Shown: positions 1 through 9,056 of the stretch, piece by piece
Numbering within the stretch: the stretch's first letter is position 1
Layout: each line of letters begins with the position of its first letter
Translations under genes and position numbers: made by a program
Assembly: GCA_943326025.2 (NCBI GenBank)
Contig: CALPRR020000001.1
Location: forward strand, 1 to 35,392
DNA from: Candidatus Kuenenia stuttgartensis
GTDB lineage: Bacteria; Bacteroidota; Bacteroidia; Flavobacteriales_D; Crocinitomicaceae
Reading direction: 5' to 3'
DNA length: 35,392 bases
Notes under the pieces: model-generated
What the model was told of the DNA's origin: nothing
Seen by the model: the letters and a program-made list of their open reading frames with translations, nothing else
The model's database searches: none

Positions 1-1
1 A

Positions 2-1000
2 ACTATTAGTGGTACACCAAATGCAGTGGTAACTTATACCTTAAATTCAGGCGCTGCACAAACAGTAACATTAAATGCTCAAGGAAGTGCATCTGTATCT
101 ACAGGTTTATTAAGTGCTAATGCCACATATAGTTTAACGGGGATTGCTGTTACAACATCACCGTTTTGTGCACAGGCATTAAGTTCATCATTGACGATAA
201 CAGTTGAAAACTCTCCAACAATAACTTTTACATCTGATATTACATCAGGATGTGCACCATTGAAAGTTAACTTTACAAATACAACTTTAAATACAACAAA
301 CTGTAATTGGAATTTTGGAAATGGATCAACAACGAATGGTTGTGGAACAGTTTCACATACGTTTAATTCAGCAGGTTGCTATGATATAACTCTAACAGCA
401 GCATCGCCAAATGGGTGTATTGCGAACTTAAAAATACCAAGTATGGTTTGTGTAGAAGCTGCACCAGTTGCTGCTTTTAACCCAACTCCAGATGTATTAT
501 CAAGTTTAAATACAGTTTGTACAATGGTAAATATCTCAACTGGAGCAGTAAATTATGCTTGGGAATTTGGAGATGCTTCAACATCAACTGATACAGAACC
601 AGCACACAGTTACACACTGGATGAAGGGATAGATCATTACACAATTAAATTAATAGCATATTCGCCAACAGGATGTTCTGATACGTCTATAGTAACAATA
701 AAAGTATATGAAGAATTAGTGTATTTTATACCCAATACATTTACTCCGGATGGCGATAAATTTAATCAAACATTCCAACCAGTATTTACGAAAGGATATG
801 ATCCTTATAATTTTAATATGATTATCGTCAATCGTTGGGGAGAAACAGTTTTTGAAACGAATGACACAAGAGTTGGATGGGATGGCACATATGGTGGTAA
901 GATTGTCCAAGAAGGAACATATACATGGAAAATTAATTTCAAATTAAAGTCAAACGATGATCGAAAAATGGAAACAGGTCATGTTATTTTAATTAGATAA
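2..1000 (+). CDS. Secreted PKD-domain protein with a T9SS type B (gliding-motility-associated, CHU_C-like) C-terminal sorting domain. It is 5'-partial; the gene starts upstream of the window.
   Basis: The frame is open from nt 2, so the GTG at 26 in the ORF track is not the true start. There are two PKD-like modules (GCAPLKVNFTNT..WNFGNGST..HTF..GCYDITL and YAWEFGDAST..HSY..YTIKLIAYSPTGC). The C-terminus YFIPNTFTPDGDKFNQTF..NRWGETVFE..GWDGTYGG..EGTYTWKINF..GHVILIR fits the type B CTD pattern. Confidence 0.85.
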   Translation, partial: TISGTPNAVVTYTLNSGAAQTVTLNAQGSASVSTGLLSANATYSLTGIAVTTSPFCAQALSSSLTITVENSPTITFTSDITSGCAPLKVNFTNTTLNTTNCNWNFGNGSTTNGCGTVSHTFNSAGCYDITLTAASPNGCIANLKIPSMVCVEAAPVAAFNPTPDVLSSLNTVCTMVNISTGAVNYAWEFGDASTSTDTEPAHSYTLDEGIDHYTIKLIAYSPTGCSDTSIVTIKVYEELVYFIPNTFTPDGDKFNQTFQPVFTKGYDPYNFNMIIVNRWGETVFETNDTRVGWDGTYGGKIVQEGTYTWKINFKLKSNDDRKMETGHVILIR

Positions 1001-1033
1001 TTTTAGATAATTTAAAATATTTTTATTATATTG

Positions 1034-1062
1034 AGAGTCATAAGAGATTATGACTCTTTTTT
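1034..1062 (+). terminator. Rho-independent terminator for the PKD/T9SS gene
   Basis: A perfect 10-bp stem AGAGTCATAA (1034-1043) pairs with TTATGACTCT (1048-1057) around the loop GAGA, followed by TTTTT. It overlaps the stop codon of the convergent gene. Confidence 0.7.
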
Positions 1063-3286
1063 ATTCATGACCTTCTTCTAATTGTTGATTTGTAGATGAA
1101 AAATACTTAATACTAATTTCATTTTCTTCTGTCCCATATATATACTCTACTCTGGCACAGATTTTTCCTTCTAATTCTGTATTTACTAAATCCCCTATTA
1201 AATTTCTTGCCTCAATATTTTTAACAAGTTGATTTGGATAATAACTTATTGATATTGAAGCAACACTATCAATTGTTTCTGTAAATATTTTCTTGCAATT
1301 TTTATATTGTTCTTTTATTAAATTCCCGTTTGTATCGTGTTCAAAAACATAAATAGCAACATTATTGTTATCCAATTTTAATTTTTTCTTTTTAGAATAA
1401 AAACTTTTTTCTTTTAATAAGAAACCATCATAAACAAATCTATAAATAGCAAAACCAAAACGATCCTCCATTAATTTATTTTTTGAATTATAATATGCTG
1501 TTTCTATTAAATTACCAGATAAATCGTAATTATTTAACTCTTTATAAAAGCAGGTAATACAGGTAATATTCGTTATCGGATTTTCAAATTCATCCAATAG
1601 AATTCTTTCAACAAGTAAATTTGATGAATTATACTTAAGTTTTACTACTGCAATACTATCTAAATTAAGGCAAAGTTTTAGGTTTTGATCAAAATATCGA
1701 ATCTCTCTTTCTAAATTTAAAGTATCATCAACACTAATTGTTTTTTTAGCATAACCTTTTGCCGGTATGAATTTTAATTGATTTTTCACATCAAAATATC
1801 TCTCCTCAACTAAAATATCATTCAAATTATAATTATATTCTACTTTATGAAATCCTTCAGGTAATTCCATTGGTTTAGATAAACTATCAAACCAACATTC
1901 CCTTATAATTAATGAATTATCATTTAACATTACACGATATTTAATAGCTATACCATCTAACTCTGCATCTTCATCAATACCTACTAAATTTAAATTTTTA
2001 TCCAAAGCTTTAATTAATTTTTTACCAAAACCTTCATCATCATAGACATATTCAAATTCATATCGATAGACGCCTGAATAATCTTCAGTTGGATCATTAT
2101 TTTCATTCAAATAATATTCAGCATTAGTAAAATCATATGAATCAAATTCATAAACAATTTTATGTACACCATGAGAATTGTTTGTTGGCTGTTGATTAAT
2201 ACCAAAATAGCTTTCTTCAGAAATCCTACCCATTTCATGATATTTAAATCTTTGACCTGATAAACCATTTTTATTAATAACTGATTTTTTATTTAAGCCA
2301 TAATTAAAAATCGTAATTAAATTATTTAATGAATCATAGGTATATTCAATTCTAATTATAGAGTCATCAATAAAAAAAGGCTCATTTTTGTAATTGTAAA
2401 AATTAACTGAAAGTACATTTCCTCTATTGTCATTGAAATAATTTATTATTGAGGGTTTATTTGTAGAGTTCGTAATATCATTTTCAGTATAAGATAGAAT
2501 TTCACTAAACTTGTTTTGATTTATTATTTGATTAACATAACCATTTGAGTCATAATTAAACGTCTTAAAATAAATAGAAGGCTCTATTTCAAAAAGTTCA
2601 TTTAATCGGTTATATTTTTTTTCAAAAATCAAATTTCCAATTTCATTGTATAAATGTTCCATTTTAACTACTTCTTTACTTTCAACTTCATCAAGAAATT
2701 CGAATATTTCCTCGGTAAGTTGATTTTTTGAATTTAGCTTAACACTTACTGTTTTATTTTTTCCTTCTTGAAAATAAAACGGGTGATTTCCAGAAACATT
2801 CATTGATATCAATTCTCCTTGTTCATTGTAAATATATATTACTTGGCCTTGTTCTTCAAAAAACTCATCATCAAATTCAGATACTTCGTATGTATAAATA
2901 GATGAAACTCGATTTTTATCATCGTATTTTACTTGCCAATAAAATGAATTAGGTTCATATAAATTATCTAAATCCTCACCTTCAATATATGACTGAATTT
3001 GAACTTCAGATTCTTTATAGAGATATGATAGACGAATCCCATTTAAGATTGAACTGTAAACACCGACCGCATCATCCATTTTACAACTTTTAACATCATA
3101 TAAACGATTAATCGTATCATATTCAAAAACATAGTAATTCATGGTCATTGCTTCATCTTCTGTTATTGGATACATACCTTCGCATTTCCCATAAGCATCC
3201 ATGAAGGCATTTCTGTAATATTTTTTTGATTGCGCCTGAAGGCTTAAAACCAAAAGAAAAAAAGATAAACTAACTAATAATTTCAT
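1061..3286 (-). CDS. Secreted 741-aa protein made of degenerate YD/Rhs-like beta-hairpin repeats; function unknown
   Basis: The signal peptide is MKLLVSLSFFLLVLSLQAQ. Many short repeats have the form Y-x-Y/F-D-x-x-G-N-L-I (YNEQGELISM, YDSNGYVNQI, NDNRGNVLSV, YDSLNNLITI, YDLSGNLIETAYYN, HDTNGNLIKEQY). No recognisable toxin or Rhs-core domain is present. Confidence 0.6.
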   Translation of the reverse strand: MKLLVSLSFFLLVLSLQAQSKKYYRNAFMDAYGKCEGMYPITEDEAMTMNYYVFEYDTINRLYDVKSCKMDDAVGVYSSILNGIRLSYLYKESEVQIQSYIEGEDLDNLYEPNSFYWQVKYDDKNRVSSIYTYEVSEFDDEFFEEQGQVIYIYNEQGELISMNVSGNHPFYFQEGKNKTVSVKLNSKNQLTEEIFEFLDEVESKEVVKMEHLYNEIGNLIFEKKYNRLNELFEIEPSIYFKTFNYDSNGYVNQIINQNKFSEILSYTENDITNSTNKPSIINYFNDNRGNVLSVNFYNYKNEPFFIDDSIIRIEYTYDSLNNLITIFNYGLNKKSVINKNGLSGQRFKYHEMGRISEESYFGINQQPTNNSHGVHKIVYEFDSYDFTNAEYYLNENNDPTEDYSGVYRYEFEYVYDDEGFGKKLIKALDKNLNLVGIDEDAELDGIAIKYRVMLNDNSLIIRECWFDSLSKPMELPEGFHKVEYNYNLNDILVEERYFDVKNQLKFIPAKGYAKKTISVDDTLNLEREIRYFDQNLKLCLNLDSIAVVKLKYNSSNLLVERILLDEFENPITNITCITCFYKELNNYDLSGNLIETAYYNSKNKLMEDRFGFAIYRFVYDGFLLKEKSFYSKKKKLKLDNNNVAIYVFEHDTNGNLIKEQYKNCKKIFTETIDSVASISISYYPNQLVKNIEARNLIGDLVNTELEGKICARVEYIYGTEENEISIKYFSSTNQQLEEGHE

Positions 3287-3470
3287 AAATAATATTTCTT
3301 TTTAAATTTTCAGTTAAAGTAAACTCTAAACTAATCATTATAACTACTGAAAATCAGGACTTATTAATTGTTAATTCAATTCCAAATGTTAATATCTCCA
3401 TTTAATAGTTAAATTCACTCTAAAATAAATAGCGTTTTTAAGAATGATTGTAGTATCGAAGAGAAAATAA

Positions 3471-3478
3471 TATATTTG
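3471..3478 (+). promoter_or_regulatory. Bacteroidota -7 promoter box TATATTTG, 4 nt upstream of the ATG at 3483 (implies a leaderless mRNA)
   Basis: This is an exact TAnnTTTG match. The same box-N4-start geometry recurs at 28309-28316 and 32039-32046. Confidence 0.4.
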
Positions 3479-3482
3479 AAAA

Positions 3483-4592
3483 ATGAAAACAAAGCATATT
3501 TTATATTCAATTTTAATTTTTTCAATATTAGTTGGTTGTTCAAGAAAAAGAAAAGAATCAAATCATTTTGAAACTAATTCCAATGTAAAATATGCGAAAA
3601 ACTTCAGTATTAAAATCAATAAAAATTATATTGAATTCCATCTATTAAATCCTGAAACGAATGAAATTGAAAAAAAATTCGCTTTAATCAAAAATGATTC
3701 TATAAAAGTACCTGAAGGATTCACTCCAATTTTAGTTCCAATAAAATCTACAATCACATTATCTAGTACTCACATAGGAATGCTTTCAAAATTAAATGCA
3801 TGTAATCTTGTTAAAGGTATTTCAAATCATAATTATGTATATGAACCAAGTATACTTGAACGTTATAAAAAAGGAGAAGTAATTGAATTGGGAGATGAAA
3901 ACTCGATATCAGTTGAATCTATTATTCGATCACAATCAGATCTATTGATTTATAGTGGATTCGGCAAAGAATTTCCTCATCAAGAACAATTAGAAAAACT
4001 CGGAACAATATGTTTAGCAAACTATGATTGGAAAGAAAATCATCCATTAGGTAAAGCAGAATGGATTAAAGTTTTTGGTTATTTAACAGGGAAAGAAGAA
4101 ATTGCTTCTATTTACTTTAAGGCGATAGAAAAGGATTATTTAAGTCTGAAAAAAATGGCTTCAAAACTAAAGGATACTCCTAGCCTTTTTAGTGGGAATT
4201 TAGTCGGCGATATTTGGTATTCTCCAGCTGGAGAAAGTTATAATGCTATTTTATTTAAAGATGCTAAAGGTGATTACAAATATGCTAATTCAAAAGGAAT
4301 AGGTAGTATTGAAAATAGCTTTGAACAAATATTTAGTGACAATTTAAATACACAATATTGGTTTAATCCAGGAATTGAATCGAAGCATGATTTATTAAAA
4401 AGTCAGCCAAAATTCAAATTATTTCAAGCTTATAAAGAAAATAAAATTTTCAGTTACACATTTTCTGGCAATGAATTTTGGGAAAGAAGCGCCGTTGAAC
4501 CAAATCATGTTTTATCAGATTTAATTCGAATTTTACATCCTGAACTTAAATTAAAAAATAAGCTTTATTTTTACAGAACTTTAAGCAAATAA
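3483..4592 (+). CDS. ABC transporter substrate-binding lipoprotein of the BtuF/FhuD type (cluster A: iron-siderophore, heme or cobalamin)
   Basis: A lipoprotein signal ends in LVGCS. It is the first gene of an SBP-permease-ATPase operon, with a 1-nt TAATG overlap to the permease. Length and sequence style fit the periplasmic binding protein family paired with FecCD permeases. Confidence 0.75.
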   Translation: MKTKHILYSILIFSILVGCSRKRKESNHFETNSNVKYAKNFSIKINKNYIEFHLLNPETNEIEKKFALIKNDSIKVPEGFTPILVPIKSTITLSSTHIGMLSKLNACNLVKGISNHNYVYEPSILERYKKGEVIELGDENSISVESIIRSQSDLLIYSGFGKEFPHQEQLEKLGTICLANYDWKENHPLGKAEWIKVFGYLTGKEEIASIYFKAIEKDYLSLKKMASKLKDTPSLFSGNLVGDIWYSPAGESYNAILFKDAKGDYKYANSKGIGSIENSFEQIFSDNLNTQYWFNPGIESKHDLLKSQPKFKLFQAYKENKIFSYTFSGNEFWERSAVEPNHVLSDLIRILHPELKLKNKLYFYRTLSK

Positions 4593-5590
4593 TGACTGTA
4601 GCACGTAAAAACAAATTCATTCTTATATCTTTGATTCTTTTGTTTCCAATTTTATGCGGAATACATTTGTTTGTAGGTGAAATATCAGTTTCATTTTCTG
4701 ATTTTTGGAATTCAGTATTGGATTTTAATAACGAAAATACCTCACAAACAATTATTCGAGAATTTAGAATACCACGACTTGTAATGGGTATTTTAGCTGG
4801 TAGTGGGCTTTCGATTGCTGGTTTATTCATGCAAACAATGTTTAACAATCCATTGGCTGGTCCTTATATTTTAGGAATAAATTCAGGATCAAGTCTTTTT
4901 GTAGCTTTTAGTGTAATGACAGGTATTCCATTTTTAACAACTGATCTTGGAACTATCTCAAGTGCATTAATTGGTGCTTTTATTTTTGGATTAATAATCC
5001 TTTCTTTTTCTTATTTAGTTAAATCACATATTTCTCTTTTATTGATTGGTATAATGCTTGGAAGTTTTACAAGTGCTATTGTTTCAATCTTACAAACTAT
5101 GAGCGAACCCAATCAACTGAAACTTTTTACTATGTGGACAATGGGATCGTTGCAGCAAGTCGAGTTTTCTGAATTACCGCTAATCGTATTTTTTTTTATT
5201 GTTGGAATTTCATTTTCACTTTTCATGATAAAACCGTTAAACGCACTTGTTATTGGTGAAAGTCAAGCATTAACATTAGGAATTCATGTAAAATATGTGC
5301 GACTTGCACTTATCTTGATAACAGCCATTTTAACTGGAATTATTACTGCTTATTGTGGACCAATAGCATTTGTTGGTCTTGCTGTACCAAACATTGTAAA
5401 AATGATTTTTAAAACTCAATCTCACTTAACATTATTAATTGGTTGTTTCTTAATTGGTAGTTTTTTCATGATTACATGTGATATATTAATTCAATTATTA
5501 GAAAGTACTATTCATATACCGATCAATGCATTAACTTCTATCATCGGAGCACCATTTGTGATCGTAATTGTTCTAAAACGACTAGCATGA
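4592..5590 (+). CDS. FecCD/BtuC-family ABC transporter permease
   Basis: It is a polytopic membrane protein with FecCD-like segments (RIPRLVMGILAGSGLSIAGLFMQTMFNNPLAGPYILGINSG and GPIAFVGLAVPNIVK). An ATGA overlap links it to the downstream ATPase. Confidence 0.85.
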   Translation: MTVARKNKFILISLILLFPILCGIHLFVGEISVSFSDFWNSVLDFNNENTSQTIIREFRIPRLVMGILAGSGLSIAGLFMQTMFNNPLAGPYILGINSGSSLFVAFSVMTGIPFLTTDLGTISSALIGAFIFGLIILSFSYLVKSHISLLLIGIMLGSFTSAIVSILQTMSEPNQLKLFTMWTMGSLQQVEFSELPLIVFFFIVGISFSLFMIKPLNALVIGESQALTLGIHVKYVRLALILITAILTGIITAYCGPIAFVGLAVPNIVKMIFKTQSHLTLLIGCFLIGSFFMITCDILIQLLESTIHIPINALTSIIGAPFVIVIVLKRLA

Positions 5591-6294
5591 TTGAGTTAAA
5601 AGAAATTGAAATAGGATATAAAAAACACTTGTTTTCTATTGATAACATTCAATTATCGAAAGGGAAAGTATACTCACTTATAGGTGCAAATGGTGCTGGG
5701 AAAACTACTTTTTTAAAAACTTTACAAGGAAATCATTCAACAATAAAAGGTAAAATTTTAATCAACAAAACGGATGTTCAACTTTTTGAACGCCAGAAGT
5801 TATCCCAAACAATTGCATTTGTTAATTCTAAATTTGATGGAGTAGACTATTTAAGAGTATCAGATTATGTAGGACTAGGTAGAACACCCTATACCAATGC
5901 ACTAGGAAGATTATCTGAAAAAGACCTTAAAATTATTGAAAATTCTTTAGACGAATTGAACATTAAACACCTCTCAAATTTTTTCACAACTAAACTTAGT
6001 GATGGAGAACGTCAATTAGCTGCTATTGCAAGAGCAATATCACAAGAAACAGATATTATTATATTAGATGAGCCTACTGCATTTTTAGATTATGCAAATA
6101 GAAAATTAGTAATGAAGGAAATGAAAAAAATTGCTTCAGAACATGAAAAATGTATCATTATTTCTTCTCACGATTTAGATTTATGTCTTGAAAGTGAAAC
6201 AGAAATTTTAGTCATAAATAAAAAAACTAAATCATTAGAACATTATATTTCAAATTCATTATCTAAAGAAAGTTTAATACAAATTGGTTTTTAA
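5587..6294 (+). CDS. ABC transporter ATP-binding protein (FepC/BtuD-like)
   Basis: It has a Walker A motif GANGAGKTT, an ABC signature LSDGERQ, a Walker B motif IIILDEPTAFLD and an H-loop SSHD. Confidence 0.9.
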   Translation: MIELKEIEIGYKKHLFSIDNIQLSKGKVYSLIGANGAGKTTFLKTLQGNHSTIKGKILINKTDVQLFERQKLSQTIAFVNSKFDGVDYLRVSDYVGLGRTPYTNALGRLSEKDLKIIENSLDELNIKHLSNFFTTKLSDGERQLAAIARAISQETDIIILDEPTAFLDYANRKLVMKEMKKIASEHEKCIIISSHDLDLCLESETEILVINKKTKSLEHYISNSLSKESLIQIGF

Positions 6295-6343
6295 TGAGTT
6301 GAAGAAATAAAAAAAGTAACTAAGACCAAATAAACAATTTTTA

Positions 6344-6564
6344 GGAATTAAAAAAACAGATAAATTAAATCCTATAGACATTGTGAAAATATAGAATCAC
6401 TTGGGAGCTTAGATTTTTGAATCTCAATAAGTAAAAATGAATCCAATTCATGGAGTGGAAATTATAATAATAAGAAAATGCCAACTGGTTCGTATTATTT
6501 CATTATTGAATTCAATAAAGATCATAAAAAAGTGGAATCAGGAATTATTTCAATAATAACATAA
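6344..6564 (+). pseudogene. Decayed 3' relic of a gene for a T9SS type B C-terminal sorting domain protein
   Basis: Translation reads GIKKTDKLNPIDIVKI*NHLGA*IFES, then a frameshift near 6425-6432, then KNESNSWSGNYNNKKMPTGSYYFIIEFNKDHKKVESGIISIIT*. It aligns by eye with the CTD of the gene at 2-1000 (IIVNRWGETVFE..WDGTYGGK..EGTYTWKINF..GHVILIR). It carries two in-frame stops and one frameshift, and the PNxFTPxGD part is missing. Confidence 0.6.
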
Positions 6565-6630
6565 CTTATATAAAGCATTTTGTTCTTTTTAATTAAGAAA
6601 ATTCGAAGTTATTTTTATTAATTTTACTGA

Positions 6631-8760
6631 ATGAATTCATTTGATGAACAAACGATTAATGATCTCGAATTTTCAACCATACGCGAATGGTTAGTTAATT
6701 ATTCAATTGGTCCAACAGCTGAAAAAAGATTGATGGAATTGTCTCCAACCAATCGTTTTGAAGAGATTAAAAATGAATTATATAGAGTAAATGAATTTCT
6801 TTCACTTCGTTCTGATGGCGAAAATTTTCCTGCATTAGATTATGAAGAACTTTTAACTGAAATTAAGTATTTACCTATTAAAAATGCAGTCCTTTCACAA
6901 GAAGGTTTTTATAGGATTTCTAGGGCTTCATTAATTGTTAACACAATCCTTTATTTCTTTGACAAAAGAGAAAAAGATTATCCTTTATTAGCTGAAATTT
7001 TAAAAGAAGCATACTATACCACAGAAATAATAGATTCAATCGACAAGGTGTTTGATCGAAAAGGAGCTATTAAAGATGATGCCTCTCCTACTCTTCATGA
7101 AATTCGTCAAAGTATTCGTTCTGTTAAAAACAAGATTAATAAGAACTTTGAAAAAGAAATGCGTCGTTTAACCAAGGAGAATTTTTTGGGAGAAACACGT
7201 GAAGCATTTGTCAATGAACGTCGTGTTTTAACAGTAATGTCTACTCACAAACGTAAAATATCAGGTCAAGTTGTCGGTTCTTCTAAAACGGGTAGTTTAA
7301 CTTTTATAGAGCCAGCATGCAACGTTGAACTTAACAATGAATATGAATTATTACTAGACGACGAACGAAAAGAAATTTACAGAATTTTACAAATCTTAAC
7401 TTCTGAAATTGCTCATTTACTTCCACTAATTAAAGAATATCAAACAATCTTAACAGAATTTGATTTTATTAATGCGAAAACTAAATTAGCATTGGAATTA
7501 AATTGTAGTTTACCTGCTATTCAAGAAGATACAACTATTGAATTGATAAATGCTGTTCATCCAATTTTATGGAAAAACAATAAAGTTCAAGGTAAAAAGA
7601 CTTTTTCTCAATATTTATTTATGGATAAATTCTCTCGTATGTTGGTTATTTCAGGACCAAATGCTGGAGGTAAAAGTATTACTTTAAAAACGATAGGATT
7701 ATTACAAATCATGCTTCAATCAGGCTTATTAGTTCCTGTTGACCCAAATAGTAAAATGTGTTTTTTCCAACAAATCTTAACAGATATAGGAGATAATCAA
7801 TCAATTGAAAATGAATTAAGCACTTACTCTTATCGTTTAAAACGAATGAAGCGATTTTTGGAAGTTGCAAATAGAAGAACTCTGCTATTATTAGATGAAT
7901 TTGGAACTGGTTCAGATCCAGAGTTAGGTGGTGCTTTAGCTGAGGTTTTCTTTGAAAATTTATACAATAAAAAATGTTTCGGTGTAATTACAACACATTA
8001 TGCAAACATTAAACTGAAAGCTGACCAACTCAGAAATGCAATCAATGGCTGCATGATGTTTGACACTGATACACTTGAACCATTATATAAATTCTCTTTA
8101 GGTCAGCCAGGAAGTTCATTTACATTTGAAGTTGCTCAAATCAATGGGATTCCAATGGAATTGATTGAAGATGCAAAAAGCAGAATGGATGACAGAAAAG
8201 TCAGAATGGATAAACTACTAAATGAACTTCAACGCGAAAAGACATACCTTGAGCGATTAAACAAAGAACACATTGAAGCACAAGAATTAGCTCAAAAGGC
8301 AAAAAATGAATTCCTTGAAAAAAAATCAAAATTAGAAGAGAAATTAAAATCTGTTCAAGAACAAAATGAAATCAATAATAAATTCATTTCGAGTGGTAAA
8401 AAAATGAATTCTTATATTCAACGTTTTATAACTAGATCCAAAAAGAGAGACATCAACAAACCATTAATTGATGAAATGACCAAATACATTACAGTTGAAA
8501 AATCGAAAATTGAGGAAGCTGATCGAATAGAAAAATTAAAAATTGAATCAAAGCTTCCTAAAAAAGTTACTAAAAAACAAAAAGTTCAAATTGAACGTGA
8601 TGAATATGAACGAGCAAAAATTATTTTAGGCTCAACCGTTAAATTAATTGCTACGAAACAAAGTGGAACTGTGGAAGAAATTAACGGCGAAATGATTACA
8701 GTTGTTTTTGGTTTCATGCGAATGAAAGTTGAGAGAGAAAAATTAATGTGGGTAAAGTAA
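6631..8760 (+). CDS. mutS2: MutS2-family protein (MutS domain V ATPase) that ends before the usual Smr nuclease domain
   Basis: It has a Walker A motif GPNAGGKS, a Walker B motif LLLDEFGTGSDP and the MutS motif TTHY. A long Lys/Glu coiled-coil follows. The C-terminus GSTVKLIATKQSGTVEEINGEMITVVFGFMRMKVEREKL resembles the KOW-like segment that precedes Smr in Bacillus MutS2. Confidence 0.85.
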   Translation: MNSFDEQTINDLEFSTIREWLVNYSIGPTAEKRLMELSPTNRFEEIKNELYRVNEFLSLRSDGENFPALDYEELLTEIKYLPIKNAVLSQEGFYRISRASLIVNTILYFFDKREKDYPLLAEILKEAYYTTEIIDSIDKVFDRKGAIKDDASPTLHEIRQSIRSVKNKINKNFEKEMRRLTKENFLGETREAFVNERRVLTVMSTHKRKISGQVVGSSKTGSLTFIEPACNVELNNEYELLLDDERKEIYRILQILTSEIAHLLPLIKEYQTILTEFDFINAKTKLALELNCSLPAIQEDTTIELINAVHPILWKNNKVQGKKTFSQYLFMDKFSRMLVISGPNAGGKSITLKTIGLLQIMLQSGLLVPVDPNSKMCFFQQILTDIGDNQSIENELSTYSYRLKRMKRFLEVANRRTLLLLDEFGTGSDPELGGALAEVFFENLYNKKCFGVITTHYANIKLKADQLRNAINGCMMFDTDTLEPLYKFSLGQPGSSFTFEVAQINGIPMELIEDAKSRMDDRKVRMDKLLNELQREKTYLERLNKEHIEAQELAQKAKNEFLEKKSKLEEKLKSVQEQNEINNKFISSGKKMNSYIQRFITRSKKRDINKPLIDEMTKYITVEKSKIEEADRIEKLKIESKLPKKVTKKQKVQIERDEYERAKIILGSTVKLIATKQSGTVEEINGEMITVVFGFMRMKVEREKLMWVK

Positions 8761-9056
8761 AAGCTCTTCCAAAAATAATTATTGAATTATTTAATTTGTT
8801 TGCAATACATACAAAAAAATGAATCAATCCGAATAAAATCTAACCAAAAATCATCTGTAAAGCACCATTGCTTTTCATTCAATAAAATTATTGTAAACTA
8901 TAAATCAATACTTAAATTCATTACTAAATTAAGTTCCAATATAATATAAAAAAGGATATTTTATGCAAATTAATACACTTTCAAATAGTGAAAAATTTTG
9001 TATATATACTTTATTATTAATACTTTTAGCTTAAAATTTGATAACATTTCATAAAT

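Noticed and set aside
716-910. 64-aa minus-strand ORF inside the PKD/T9SS gene
   Set aside because: It lies entirely antisense to a well-supported longer CDS, has low-complexity composition and has no motif.
3287-3482. Possible cobalamin riboswitch or other leader upstream of the BtuF-like gene
   Set aside because: The region is uniformly AT-rich. It has no B12-box-like G+C-rich core and no obvious multi-stem structure, and a -7 box abuts the ATG. A covariance-model scan would settle it.
4546-4848. 100-aa minus-strand ORF across the SBP/permease junction
   Set aside because: It is antisense to two motif-supported ABC transporter genes, which is a typical AT-rich shadow ORF.
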